From assembly GCA_013265495.1 (NCBI GenBank), contig MU058793.1, positions 498,001 through 523,536 on the forward strand: 25,536 bases of DNA. The letters are read 5' to 3'. The notes beneath the pieces were generated by a model. It was not told where the DNA came from and searched no databases. It was given only the letters and a program-made list of their open reading frames with translations. This DNA is from Vicugna vicugna. Lineage: Eukaryota. Shown here in pieces: positions 9,806 through 20,934 of this stretch; position 1 is the stretch's first letter; each line of letters opens with the position of its first letter. The translations under genes and the position numbers were made by a program.

Positions 9806-12800
9806 GTTTGTTTAATTTGTTAACCGCATCAGAAAAAGAAATGTTCAAACAGTAGATTTTCCACTTGAAATTAAAATGGAAATTAGCCCTTGGAAAATAG
9901 AGATGACTTTAAGTTTATACATCAGTAGCTGGCTCATGAATTATTAACTGATTTTAATGATCCTGTCTATATTTTATTTGAAGTTATTCTCCTCCTTGCA
10001 ACGACTTTTGAACCCTCAAAACTCTTTCATCCATTCTCCATAGACTGAGCACACTTTCATGAGCGCTGACATTTAAAAAGGATGCATATACTCACAGAAT
10101 GTAAAGATAATACACATGCATATAACTAATACAAAGGACTCTGGTCATTTGCTAAAGAGAGAAATGAATGAAACCCTATTATTCACGGTTTGTAAATAAA
10201 TTTAAAGATAAGCACTAACTTTTCACTTGTTAAGCCTAGAGCAGAGGGTTCTATATTTCTTCTAAAGTCTCCCAGATGGTCGTTAAAACATAAAGGGCAG
10301 AAACATACTTTCCTTTGAAATCCATCGTTTCCCATCCAGAAAGATAATACACATGATCAAAAATTGTCTTAAGAGATTAATAATCACAGGTATTTTTCAA
10401 ATAAAATAAACGCATGTCTTTGTGTGTTAGTTTTTTACATTTTCAATATAAATCTATGTTGAATAATACCACTTCCGAACCACAAGTTAGCTATGAGACA
10501 AAATGCTATAAACCTTTAATTAGCACTTGCTGTTTTATCCCCATGAAGTTAATACTTCCTCTTCTACTACGTTCTGCCCATAAAGGAAAATTACAGGGAA
10601 TAAAGTTGGGTTTTTCACTTCTGAATTAAAAGTAGGAAAATACAGTATCATGGATCAATTTAAAGATTATTTATTTTTATCTGCAAGGAATTAAATGCAA
10701 ACACTCCTAAAAATAAGTACAATCTGACTTCTACCAATATTACACACACTAACTTTTTATAAGTTGGGTACACAAAGCACTGAAGATGAAAGATTGCTGA
10801 TTTGCTAAGAAATCAAGTTATTTCAGGCAAATAGCTGCTTTAAGAAAACATGACAGCAAGCCAACTTGCATCCTCACTCCTGAAGTTGAACAAGCATCTC
10901 AATAAATAATGTGTTTTCAAGCTTTCTAGGCCTTCCCTGAAATAAATGTTCTGAGTTTAAATTGACTCGAAATAGCCTTTTTCAAAAAATAAAAAGAGAC
11001 ACACACAAAACACCCACAATTTCCTCTCGTCCCTTGAAGTACCCTTGGGACCCTAGTGAACAGAGAGATTTGCCACGCATTGCAGTGACTGGATTAGTAC
11101 AAAAGGTTTCTATTTTGGTGTCATTCGAGTGTTGCTGATTTTAAATCAGAGAAAGTAGTTACATTAGGCAAGGTAATGGCTTCCAAAAATAAGTCATGTC
11201 CAGTTATACAAGGCTTCATACACAAGGCTAAGTTGTAAGGAGATAAATAATACCCCACTGGAACAATTAGGTGGATTCTCAAAAACACTACATACTTAAT
11301 TAGGCTGCCTAAGTCCCTAACTGAGCATACATGGGGGACTTTTTAAAGCGTTTAATAACCTGAGTAAATCCAAAATCTGAGGACAGAAACTAAATCTTAA
11401 CTCTGGCTACAGGAACAGGCCTTTTCTTGCTTCTTTTTCTATGCTTAACATACCGCTCTAGGAATTTTGAGAGCATGAACGCCCGCACCACCAAAGGGTT
11501 AAAAGACACGAATAACGTCCCTTTGCTCTATACTCGTTGGGAGGCCCCTCCGTGCCAGGCGCAGAGCTGGGCGATGATGACACAGGGGACAGGACTGAGG
11601 AAGAGAGACCCTAATGGCCTTTCACAAACTTCAGCACTGGAGTTGGGATCGCAGTATCAACAAATAGAAAGGAACGAGAGCCTCCATCAGCCACGGGGAA
11701 CGGCAAACTGCTCCTCACTCTAGATACAATTCCTCCCCGTCCTGCTATGTATTCATTAGTTTTGTATAGCACCTTTCTTTCAGCAGGCTCCTCATTTCCT
11801 CCTCTGTTATCCAAGCAATCATAAACAAACTACGATTTGAAAGAAAAGGGGGGTGGGGGGAGAGAGGGAGGAGCAGGGGGAGAGGAAAAAGAAAAACCAC
11901 ATTCAAAAGGCACGGGCAGCGCACAGCTCTTTCTCTGAATATCGCCCTCGGGGTGATGTTTCCTCCAAAGCTTGGCCCTGGGGGGCTTCAGGAAGGAGAG
12001 AGAACAGGGAGTCGGAGCTGCCTCGGCCCAAGGATTGCGGCTCCCGCACGGACTCGGCGCTCCGAACTGCGCCAGCTGCCCTTTTGAGATGCACTTTCGG
12101 CCACCTGAAACGCTTGGTCCTCGAAGTTGGCGAAGGGGAAGATGGAGGAGGTGGGGTGACCTAGGGCGTGGTGTGGAGGTCCCCAACCCTGTTCTCCCCG
12201 AGATGCAAAACTTACCCCTCCCCCCCCAAAAAATGAAAGATGAGAAGCCACTTGCTCTAACCAGGGAAGGGCGGGCACCTCCGTTGAGTGGTCCAAAGCG
12301 CCCTAGCGGGAGGGCAGCAGAGGCCACCTGCGGGGGTCCCACCACTTCGCGGCCCCTCCCTCCCTCCATCCAGGGCACGCTCAAAAGTTAGTTCCTTTCC
12401 TTCGCTAAGCGGCCCGAGGTCCAGCTCTCGGGGGCGTGGGGGAGGTAAGGTGGACTGGGGAGGGGGGGCGGCGAGGTCATCAGACCACGAGATCGGGGAC
12501 TCCTGCGTTGCCCCATCCCCTCCAAACTCAGGAGGGTTGCGATCGTGTTTACTAATAACAACAACAAAGAATCACACGCGACTCCCCTCTTTCAGTCCTT
12601 GGGTTGCTCTTCGCTTCTTTGGGGCAGCCGAAGAGTCTGCGGGGTTGGGGGAGGTGGGGGGAGAGGCAGTGGGAGGAGAGGCGAAGAGGAGAGGGAAGAG
12701 CCGGCCGAGGGACAAAAAGGAGGGTGGGAAGGGGGCAGAAAGAGTAGAGCGAGAGAGTTGGACAGAGACGAAGGAGCAAAGGGAAAGGAGTGGAGAGGGG

Positions 12801-12902
12801 AGAGAAAAGTGCAGCAGGCGGTGAGCTGGAGCGCGGGGCGCGCCTAGGGTGAGAAGGTGGCCCCCGCCCGGCCGCCCCCCGGCCCCGGCCCGGCCCGGTC
12901 AC

Positions 12903-12989
12903 CTTGCTGTAGCCGTAGTACCCCAGGCACTGCGCGAAGTCCAGGCCGGCGGGGTCCCCGGCCGCCGCGGGGTAGAACCTCACATCCAT
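12903..12989 (-). CDS. TOX3: TOX3 coding exon 1 (29 codons, phase-0 donor); remaining exons lie left of the window
   Basis: Translation [29 protein letters not shown] matches the recalled TOX3 N-terminus (human has S at residue 15, here G). ATG at 12989-12987 is in strong Kozak context (GGC ATG G). In-frame upstream TAG at 13064-13062. Donor AAG|GTGACC at 12903/12902. Confidence 0.97.
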
Positions 12990-13280
12990 GCCGGAGCCGG
13001 GCCCGGGGCCGGGGACCGGGACTGGAGCTCGCAGGGGCCGGTGCCCGCCTCCTCGAAGCCGCTAGATCCACCGTCGGGGGCGCCGGCCGGTGTGGTCCGG
13101 GGGGCGGCGCGCGGGACGCGGGGCCGGAGGGGCGCCGCGACCGGGAGCCAGAGGAGCCCGGGCGCCGCGGCCGCCGCACACAAAGGCGCGGCCACGCGAG
13201 CCGCGGGAGAGCGGGAGGCGGCCCGGGGGCCGGGCCCCGCCGGGGCACCGAGGCAGCGCTGCGCGCGGGCCGGGCGAGGA

Positions 13281-13305
13281 CGGCGGCGGCGGCGGCGGCG
13301 GCGGC
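13281..13305. repeat. (CGG)8 trinucleotide repeat, read as GCC on the TOX3 strand
   Basis: cggcggcggcggcggcggcggcggc read directly, followed by (CTC)5 at ~13314-13328. Confidence 0.95.
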
Positions 13306-14835
13306 TGGCCCCGCTCCTCCTCCTCCTCCCCGGGCGGACTGAGGAGAGGAGCCGCGGAGACAAGGGGCCCGGCCCCTCCCCTCCTTCTCCCCCTCCTGCC
13401 TCCCTCCGCCGCCGGTCCCCTCCCCGCGCCGCCGCCGCTCCGCCCCTCCCACCGCGGGCAGCTGGCGCGCCGCCCGCCCCGCCGGTGCGCTCTCGGCCCG
13501 GACCGCCTCCGGGCGCCCCGACCCCGCCCCGCCGGCCCCTTAGCCGCTCACCCCGCGCCTAGCGCAGCGCTCGCCCGCCCGTCGCCGGCGCCGCGGCCTC
13601 CCCCTCTCCGGGGCCCCTCTTCTTCCCACCGCGCCCCCCTTCCCTCTCCGGTCCTCTTTGTCCCCGCTGACTCGGAGCGCTCCTCACTCCCCTCCTTTTC
13701 TCGGCCGCTTCGGCCGTCCCCGCCGCCGCCGCCAGCCCGGTGCCTGGTGTGGCCCTCCCGCCCCTTTCCGACCACCGCTGCCCTGGGCCCCCGGCTCCCG
13801 CCACCAGCATCCACGCGCCGTCGGCTCCTTTCCCACTCCTCGTTCCCTCGGTTTCTTCTCCTAGTCCCCAGTCCTTTCTCGTGAGTCCCCCGGTCCCTCT
13901 ATCCCACTCCGCCTTACTCCACAAATTTTCCCTTCTTAGAGGCACCTAACCCAGCGGGTAACCTGCACCAGTGCCTCCCGACGGGACCCCATGTACACCT
14001 GTGGTATTTTCCAGGAGGGGTGTGGGGGCCTGACCTTTCACAGGTAGGCAGAAGCTCCCCGGGTTAAGCCTCGTGTCGGTTCTCTTCGTATTTTCTTTGC
14101 TCTTGTTTGTATTCGAAAGGCATTTGAGTAACTGGATCTAGGCGGATCATTCACTGTTCTCTGCGAGAAAATGTCCCTATTTTCCTAAAAGGTTCTGGGT
14201 GATTAACTTCCTCACACTGCACTCACCCACCCCATTTTGATTTCTTTCTCTTTCTTTAAGCTACATCTCCCCCCAACCCCGCCCCTGGGCTTTATTGCTT
14301 TGGGTTCATTTTAGAGTTTGGCCCTCAGCCTTGGCGAAGGGAAGGGACTTTATACCAGATGAGAACGTTAAAGAGAAGCTGTGAGATTTGCCCCCCTCCC
14401 CAGCACAGTTATCTAGAAACTACTTTAACGAAGGGAGAAATTTACAAATATTTTAGCTGACACTCACACTTTCGTAGCTGATTACACTTTGCTGGCCCAG
14501 GGCCTGAAGTTTTTCAGACAACCCTCACACGAGTTTCTCTTCATTTCTTCTGTTCTCCAAAATAGGCACTCCAGCTCGGTGACACCTTGTGTATGTACCT
14601 TTGCCCAATATTATCTTTCTGGAACCAAGCAGGAAAAATAAACTTCAATTAGATGACAGTGTGTGTATTTGCTCTTCTCTTAGCAAGAATCGGGTGTTTG
14701 GAGACTGCATGAGAAAGCGGTGTGTATTCAGGAAAGAAACAACTGCTTACATTGTCCCTGGGTTGACTCCAATCCCCCCTCCTGAAAAAGCTTTGGTCTC
14801 CTCTCCCGAGTCTCCATTTAACGTTGACAACCCAG

Positions 14836-14854
14836 CGGCGCTCCCTAATGGCGC
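14836..14854 (-). promoter_or_regulatory. Candidate CTCF site
   Basis: Minus strand GCGCCATTAGGGAGCGCCG resembles the core CCAC(C/T)AG(G/A)GGGCGC and sits in a small CpG-retaining patch. Confidence 0.5.
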
Positions 14855-15819
14855 AGCGGGTTGCACAAATTGGCAGTGAGCTGAGATATTATCAGGACAA
14901 CACCCCATTGAGCAGGTTCTTGAAACGCAGAAGTGGAGGCCCTTTCCCCGGGCCACTGGGCGCCTGTGGCCTTTCCACCAATCAGAGCTGGAGGTTGCAG
15001 TGGCCACCTGTTGTCTCGCAAGAGTACATCTTTTAAGTTTCACTATTAGTATTTCACAATGGCGTACAGTGCAGCATCTGGCCACAGGAGAGGAGCAGCC
15101 TGCTGATCCAAGGTTCCAAAAGAGAAATTATGTATTTTTTCCAAGTAGTTAACAGGAGCCCCCCAAAAGCTGGGAAGTGGAGTTTTTCTTTGCACACATA
15201 TCCCACACCTTCTGCTCATTCTGTGTGCATCTGGAGCAATCTGAGCTTGATTATAGAAGATAAATGAAACGTATAATCTAAGTTACAGAGAGACTAAACC
15301 TGAAGTTGTAATCAGACCTCCAGGGTCAGGAATACAAATCTTTGCAGTGGAAACCCCACTAGCTTCCAGACAGGGAATTGCATGTGGGCGGATGGGCTAC
15401 CCTGAGCGTTGAGCTATGGGGACTAGAAACTGAAGTGAGAAACTTCTTCCAGGAAGGCTCCCAGGAGTCAGGACTGCCCGGTCTAGAGACCCCTCTTGGC
15501 CATTGTTGTAGAAAAGGCTTTCTCTTAAAATCTCCCTCCCTGTTACAATACAGACTTCTTGGGGAAGGAAACAGTCAATGTATTAAGATTAAAACAGTCA
15601 ACAGTATGCAGCAGTCAATATATTAAGATGATGATGATATAGGGGGTAATATAAGCAAAAGTTCTGAGTATAGATCTTTATTAAGGAGAGGGAGGAAACT
15701 GCCTGATGAGTTTGAAGATACATATGTTGAGGCACTTAGGATGAAAAAAATTACTAGAACAGAAACAGTAATTTGGGAAGGCTGCTGACCAACCGTGCAG
15801 TTTTGCCCACAGTGGGTCT

Positions 15820-15895
15820 CCTGGGCACTTAGCAGCTACTTTCTGCTGCCTACTTTGTGCCGGACACTGTTTAAGGCACTTGTGAATGACAAAGA
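15820..15895 (-). mobile_element. L2/MIR 3' end fragment
   Basis: TGCCTACTTTGTGCCGGACACTGTTTAAGGCACTTG. Confidence 0.55.
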
Positions 15896-15961
15896 GGAGC
15901 CCCAAATGACACACATGCAAGCCTTCAGAGGAGAATCAGACCCATCACACTCCTGCACGTG

Positions 15962-15983
15962 CACACACACACACACACACACA
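15962..15983. repeat. (CA)11 microsatellite
   Basis: Read directly. Confidence 0.95.
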
Positions 15984-16157
15984 TTCACATGCACATATGT
16001 ACGCATGCCCCGTCCCAGCCAGTTCCCTGAAGATCACCTAATGACACAGCTAACTGTTGCTATCGGGAGAAGCAATCTGATAAACAAATTTGCATCCACG
16101 GTAGTTGTAAAAGAAAGCTCCAGGGAGGGCAAGACACCCTGCTCACAGCCCCAGCTA

Positions 16158-16283
16158 GATCACTGCCTTATCCCAAGAATCTTGGACCATGCTTGGTACT
16201 TAGGTGGTTTGCAGTAGATAAACATTCATTTAAGAAAGGAAAGTGAGAAGGAAGAAAGGAAAGAAAGGAAAGAGGAGGAAAGG
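16158..16283 (+). mobile_element. L2 3' end followed by a GA-rich low-complexity tract
   Basis: GATCACTGCCTTATCCCAAG..CCATGCTTGGTACTTAGGTGG..ATAAACATT, then AAGAAAGG-type purine runs. Confidence 0.5.
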
Positions 16284-19200
16284 CAGGTGTTTTCATAGTG
16301 GAATAGCCTTCCCAGGGAACCTGGTTAAAGTAAGATTTGGAAAGAGTGAACCAAACTCTTCCGATTTGGAGAAGAACAAACTACCTGAGGGGGGCGGAAG
16401 GGGGCCTTTAGCACCCTGCTGTTTTAGATCTTTCGTGGGCATTAAAACAAGAATTACATGCTGGTGCATTTAGAGCTGATCTGATTAGCGACTGCATTCA
16501 GCATACCACCCAATTTTAAGGTTTCCAGTGAATTTGAAGCCCATCCATCAAAAACTTCAGAACGATGCTTTTAAAAATTTAATGCAATTGTAACTGTCGT
16601 GCTGTTTGTCATCGTAAGGGTGTCACCTTTTTCAGGCTGTCAGCATTTTGTTTCTGAAATGCCACAGACAAAGGCTTCCTTTGTACTAGGTTAGCCTTGA
16701 ATTTGAAGAAACTTCTCCAAGAACGTATCTTAAACATGCTTTGAATTTATGCTGCAGAGTGCTAACAGGCATTGATTTAGAAGGGCAGCCCAAGAAACAG
16801 TTCTGCAGCCAAAATACAACTTCTGGGCAAAAGAAATTCCCATACGGTTTTTATGTGATTCAGGTCAAAAATGTCAGTCTTATTAGCCTGATGTTTGGGT
16901 AGTTGGTATCATCCAAGAATCTCTAAAAAATAGGGGGAAAGTACACAGACTTTACATAATAGGAAAACTATTTTTACATCTTGACAGAACTCGAAAACTT
17001 TCTTTACTTTATCTGGTTCCAAATTAAGCAAAAAAGTTCCCATGAGGACTGTATTAATCCTGCTGAGTTTTATAACCTAAGATCTTACTGAGACCCCCAC
17101 TTTTAGGGATCTGTGAACAGTAATTTAACCAGTGTTCTGCTTCCTCCATTGAGATGAGGATAGTATTAAACATGATATACAGCTTAATTTTCTTGAGTTT
17201 GGGTCATGAAAAGTTCTGTCCAAATATTATGATCCTGGTTTGCAATATGTAATGTAGCCAAATTAACAGCAGCTCCAAATGGAAATTAACAAGGCCAGAG
17301 CAACTCAAGTTTCTTCTCTATTCCCATAGTAACAGCTAATGTATTATATTGGTAAAATGTCTTACACTTGGTTTTATGTCTGAATTTAGCTTCATGTCAT
17401 AAAGCATAGCATTTCTATGGAGCATAGATTCTCAGTGTCCGTATCACTCATCTCCATGAAATTTAACAGTTTCATGTCGAGAATCAACACTTAACATTCA
17501 TAGTCTAAATCACATGCATATAAAATCGAGTCAAGACCTGTCAAGCTCTCACAAGAGTGAATGTACGCATGGTATAGAGGAAGCACTCTGACCTCGGGGC
17601 CCTCATTACACGTCTCTAGCGCAGGTTCGAAAACTAATCACCAGGAGAGTGGTCCACACAGGAATTACAGCGTGAAAAAAACCCCCAAGCATTGTCATTG
17701 TTAGTTTCAGTTTTCAGTTTATCCAAACTTTTCTGATCTGGAAATGTGAACTATTTTAGTATTTTTACTTAGGTCAAAAAAATTACAGAAACCTGAGCAA
17801 ATGGGGAAAAATTAAGCAAGCTTTTCATACATGATAATAAATATGTATTTTTATGTACGTGAGGTTGTTTCTCATCTTACTACAACCAATTTTGGCCATA
17901 CTGTTCTCTATGCTACCAGGCAGGAGAAGTCTAGAAAATGAATCATTTTCCCAGCTGAGTTTGACTCTTACTAAGAATAGATACAGGCATAGGTTCTGAC
18001 ACATATGTAGTAATTACAGACCAGTAACCCCCAAACCCTTAGTAGCAAAAAAAAAAAAAGGACTGAGCTGAGAATTCATTCTGAGAAATATGAAATGTAG
18101 CAAGTATTTGCTTGTGACCTAAGTATCTCTTCAATAAAGCTATTTTAAAAACCAATACATTCCACACAATCAGGAGGTGTGCAATTTTCAGTGTGTTTAC
18201 ACCCTGCCTTAAAGAAAAAAAAACTATCCTGTATTCACAGAAATCCTAACTGTTGTCCTGCCTGTTTTCTGAAATATATTCTATTTCTTTTAAAGTGAAA
18301 GAATGACCTCTTTTGCAGGAACAATTTTCACAGACAGCATGTTTATCAAATGGTTTCTCTGCTTTCATAAAAACAATTTATTTTCACTGAACTCTTCAAG
18401 ATAAGCATCAAAGCCAGGAAGAATGTACAATGAAGTTTATAATTACACTCCAGAAACAAATACTGGGTAGTTTTTATCTCACTCAAGAGAAAGAGATTTT
18501 TTTTTTCCCCTAAAGAGACAAAGGTGGTGATGGGGGAGGTTTATACAGGAGTGGAAACCAGGAAGCTCAGAGGTTTTCCAGCAAGAGGGGCCCTGCAGTG
18601 TTGCCCAAAAAGCCCACTGGCTGAACAATGAAAACTGAGGATCGGGGACTCTCATAGCGATGGGTGGGGGTCAGTCCATTTTTTATTCTTGACCAAAGGA
18701 CAGTTATAGGGGCATTAAGGAGAGAGAATCATTGGGCAGATATTAATTAAATCCTTCCATGACAGATTTGTATACCATTGCAAGTAAATATCTCCCCTAG
18801 TTGGAGCCTCCGATGACATCCTTTCTTTGATAAGCACCCGTGTTTCTAGGCTTAATTTATATGGCATGTTATTTTTAATAACTGTAGAACATTAAAATTG
18901 TAAAAAAAAAATGTGAAAACCATCTGAGTCCGATAAAGATTCTGTTTCTCAAGAATTGGGAAACAATTGCATTTGATCACAGAACAGCCAAGGACTAGCA
19001 GCAAAATAATCTCCCCTAATTTACATAGATCTGTGCGTGCCAAACAGACGAGTGTTTGCTTTTCGAGTAATAGCGCAGGTGCGTATCCTGCAGTGACGAA
19101 ATCTCTAACTCATCAAACTGTTTCGCCAGAGTGGGACATGCCCTCTTTTCTGGAACTGTTTCAAGCTTTCTCCCCAGCATTCCAGCCACCTGTTTATGGA

Positions 19201-19784
19201 GTTCATCCTCGGGAGTAGACGCATGCAATTAGAAACAAGAAAATGAAAATAAATGACCTTGTTTGTTATTTATAACAAAGAAACTCAGCAAAATTAATGC
19301 CGCAGAGCTTGACCTCTTGACCTGGGAGAAAGAGCCACCTCATGGCTTTGTGGCCAATGAACAATAGTCCAGCAGCTCCCATTGTCCAGAGAGCCTGACT
19401 TTTGGATAGTCATTAAAGCTGTATAGCCAAAATATTAAATGTTTTACAAGTTAGATTAGAGGATTGGTGCTTTTCTGAAAAGCATGTTTAAAGAAGTGAG
19501 GCTGGTTAGCAAAAGAGCTTTGCTATTTAAGGCAAGCAGGTAAAATCGTTTCATTTTTACTGCTCAGTGTGTCCTGTGTCAACAACATGTTGAATAAAAG
19601 GAAAAACATTAAAAATTTTGAACCAGGACTCTGGGAATTGAAGAATGGTTAAATATATAATAGAAATCAAGTAGAAAGATGGTCTTGGCAAGTGGTTCAT
19701 GAAAAACATCAGATTTCCTCTTTCTATGGCTATGGATGGGAAAGGAGAATACAACTTCTTTCCCTTACATAAATGCAGTGTGGG

Positions 19785-19803
19785 TGGTGCCCCCTAGAGT
19801 TGT
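19785..19803 (-). promoter_or_regulatory. Candidate CTCF site, possibly in a MER91-like remnant
   Basis: Minus strand ACTCTAGGGGGCAC is a 12/14 match to CCACTAGGGGGCAC. The flank ...GAGTTGTGCAA resembles MER91 family sequence as recalled. Confidence 0.35.
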
Positions 19804-20934
19804 GCAATGAAATAGCACTGCCATTCCCTTGCTCCACTTATACCAAACCAGACCCCAGGAACCCAGGACAGGCAGGAAACCCAGGTCATCATTATGGAAG
19901 GCTCTTTGGTTGAAACATCTTGAGGTAGAGTCTCTAGTAAAAAGTGATACCTAACTGGGTCTCCTAACTGGGGCTGGCCCTAAGGCTAGTCTCTGCCACC
20001 CGCTACTGCCTTCCTTCCTGCTTTTGTTTCCCTCCCTCGTTCATTTACAACACATCCCATGAGTGTCTTGGATTCTCCTAGAGTTTAAATCACAAAATCC
20101 AAATTTAATTTTTCTCCCCAAGTTGTTTATTTATTGCCCTATGTGTCCAGTACTACTATGTCTTTAACTGTTTTATTTTTTTTTCCCCAGCAGTAGATAA
20201 CTGTTTTTTAAAGAACTCTCCAGTGTTCCTCAAAATATCTTTTTCACCATAAAATGAAGCCAGTTGCACAAGGTACGCAGGTCGCCACGCAAACACCATC
20301 CCAAGTCTTACAGGCATCCTTCCCCACCTATTCTTTTCCTTTTGACCCCGTGAGACTGTTGATCATGAGCTTCTCCCACTTTTCACTGAGGACGCTGCGC
20401 TCATAAATCTGGAGAGATCCCTACAGACAATTTTTGGTCTCTCACATACCCACAATGACAACAACAAAATTATAGCCATGAAAGGTCCAACTTTCTGGCC
20501 AACATCTGTGGGACTAGCCAATGCTCAGTCCCATGGAAAGGAGCTTCAGAAAGTTTTTGCACTTAACTGGTCTAAAGAAACCCATTCTACAGTCCAAAGC
20601 CACATGCCAGCTATTGTTCTACTGAAAGACAAACAGCTCTCTTCATCTAGAAACATCAGCAGTTGAGTTCCCACTGTGTGCCTGAAGTACCAAGTAATTG
20701 CGTTCAGAGGGAGAAATAGGGTAGAATGTGATTACTCCATCTTACCCAGAACTGAAACTCACATCATTTATTGCTCAAAATTTCACTGTGCCTTTCTAGG
20801 TACCTGGTGCTAAATTTCCAGAAATGGGAACAAGTATGATCCCTGTTCACAGCAAAGATTATAAGACATGGGGAAAGTATTATCATGGTGAAATATTGTC
20901 ATTAGTGCCATAGGAAAAGCATTCTCTCCCTAAT

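Larger units (their letters stand above)
1..12902 (-). other. TOX3: TOX3 intron 1 (partial; continues beyond the left edge)
   Basis: Starts at the GT donor 12902-12901 (minus). No exon-2 peptide (FGNNNNYMNMAE...) is recognisable in the window, and the region is repeat-rich and non-coding. Confidence 0.9.
11900..14080. promoter_or_regulatory. TOX3: CpG island / TOX3 promoter and 5' UTR
   Basis: Abrupt rise in GC and CpG density, extreme over 12830-13830. Many GC boxes (GGGCGG/CCGCCC). Overlaps the first coding exon. No minus-strand ATG between 12990 and ~13807. Exact TSS cannot be determined from sequence. Confidence 0.9.

Noticed and set aside
12552..12902. Extension of the 145-aa TOX3 ORF past K29 (VTGPGRGRG...)
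   Set aside because: It is read-through into intron 1 past a canonical GT donor, and TOX3 similarity stops exactly at the donor.
12980..13363. Minus-strand ORF overlapping the TOX3 ATG out of frame (possible uORF)
   Set aside because: It begins at TTG rather than ATG in very GC-rich DNA, and there is no support without ribosome profiling.
11830..13949. Many overlapping 100-264 aa ORFs on both strands
   Set aside because: These are Pro/Arg/Gly/Ala-rich products expected from stop-codon scarcity in a CpG island. Most use non-ATG starts and show no recognisable domain.
19850..19972. Short repeats (ACCCAGG-like x3; CCTAACTGGG x2)
   Set aside because: They are ordinary slippage-scale duplications with no further structure.
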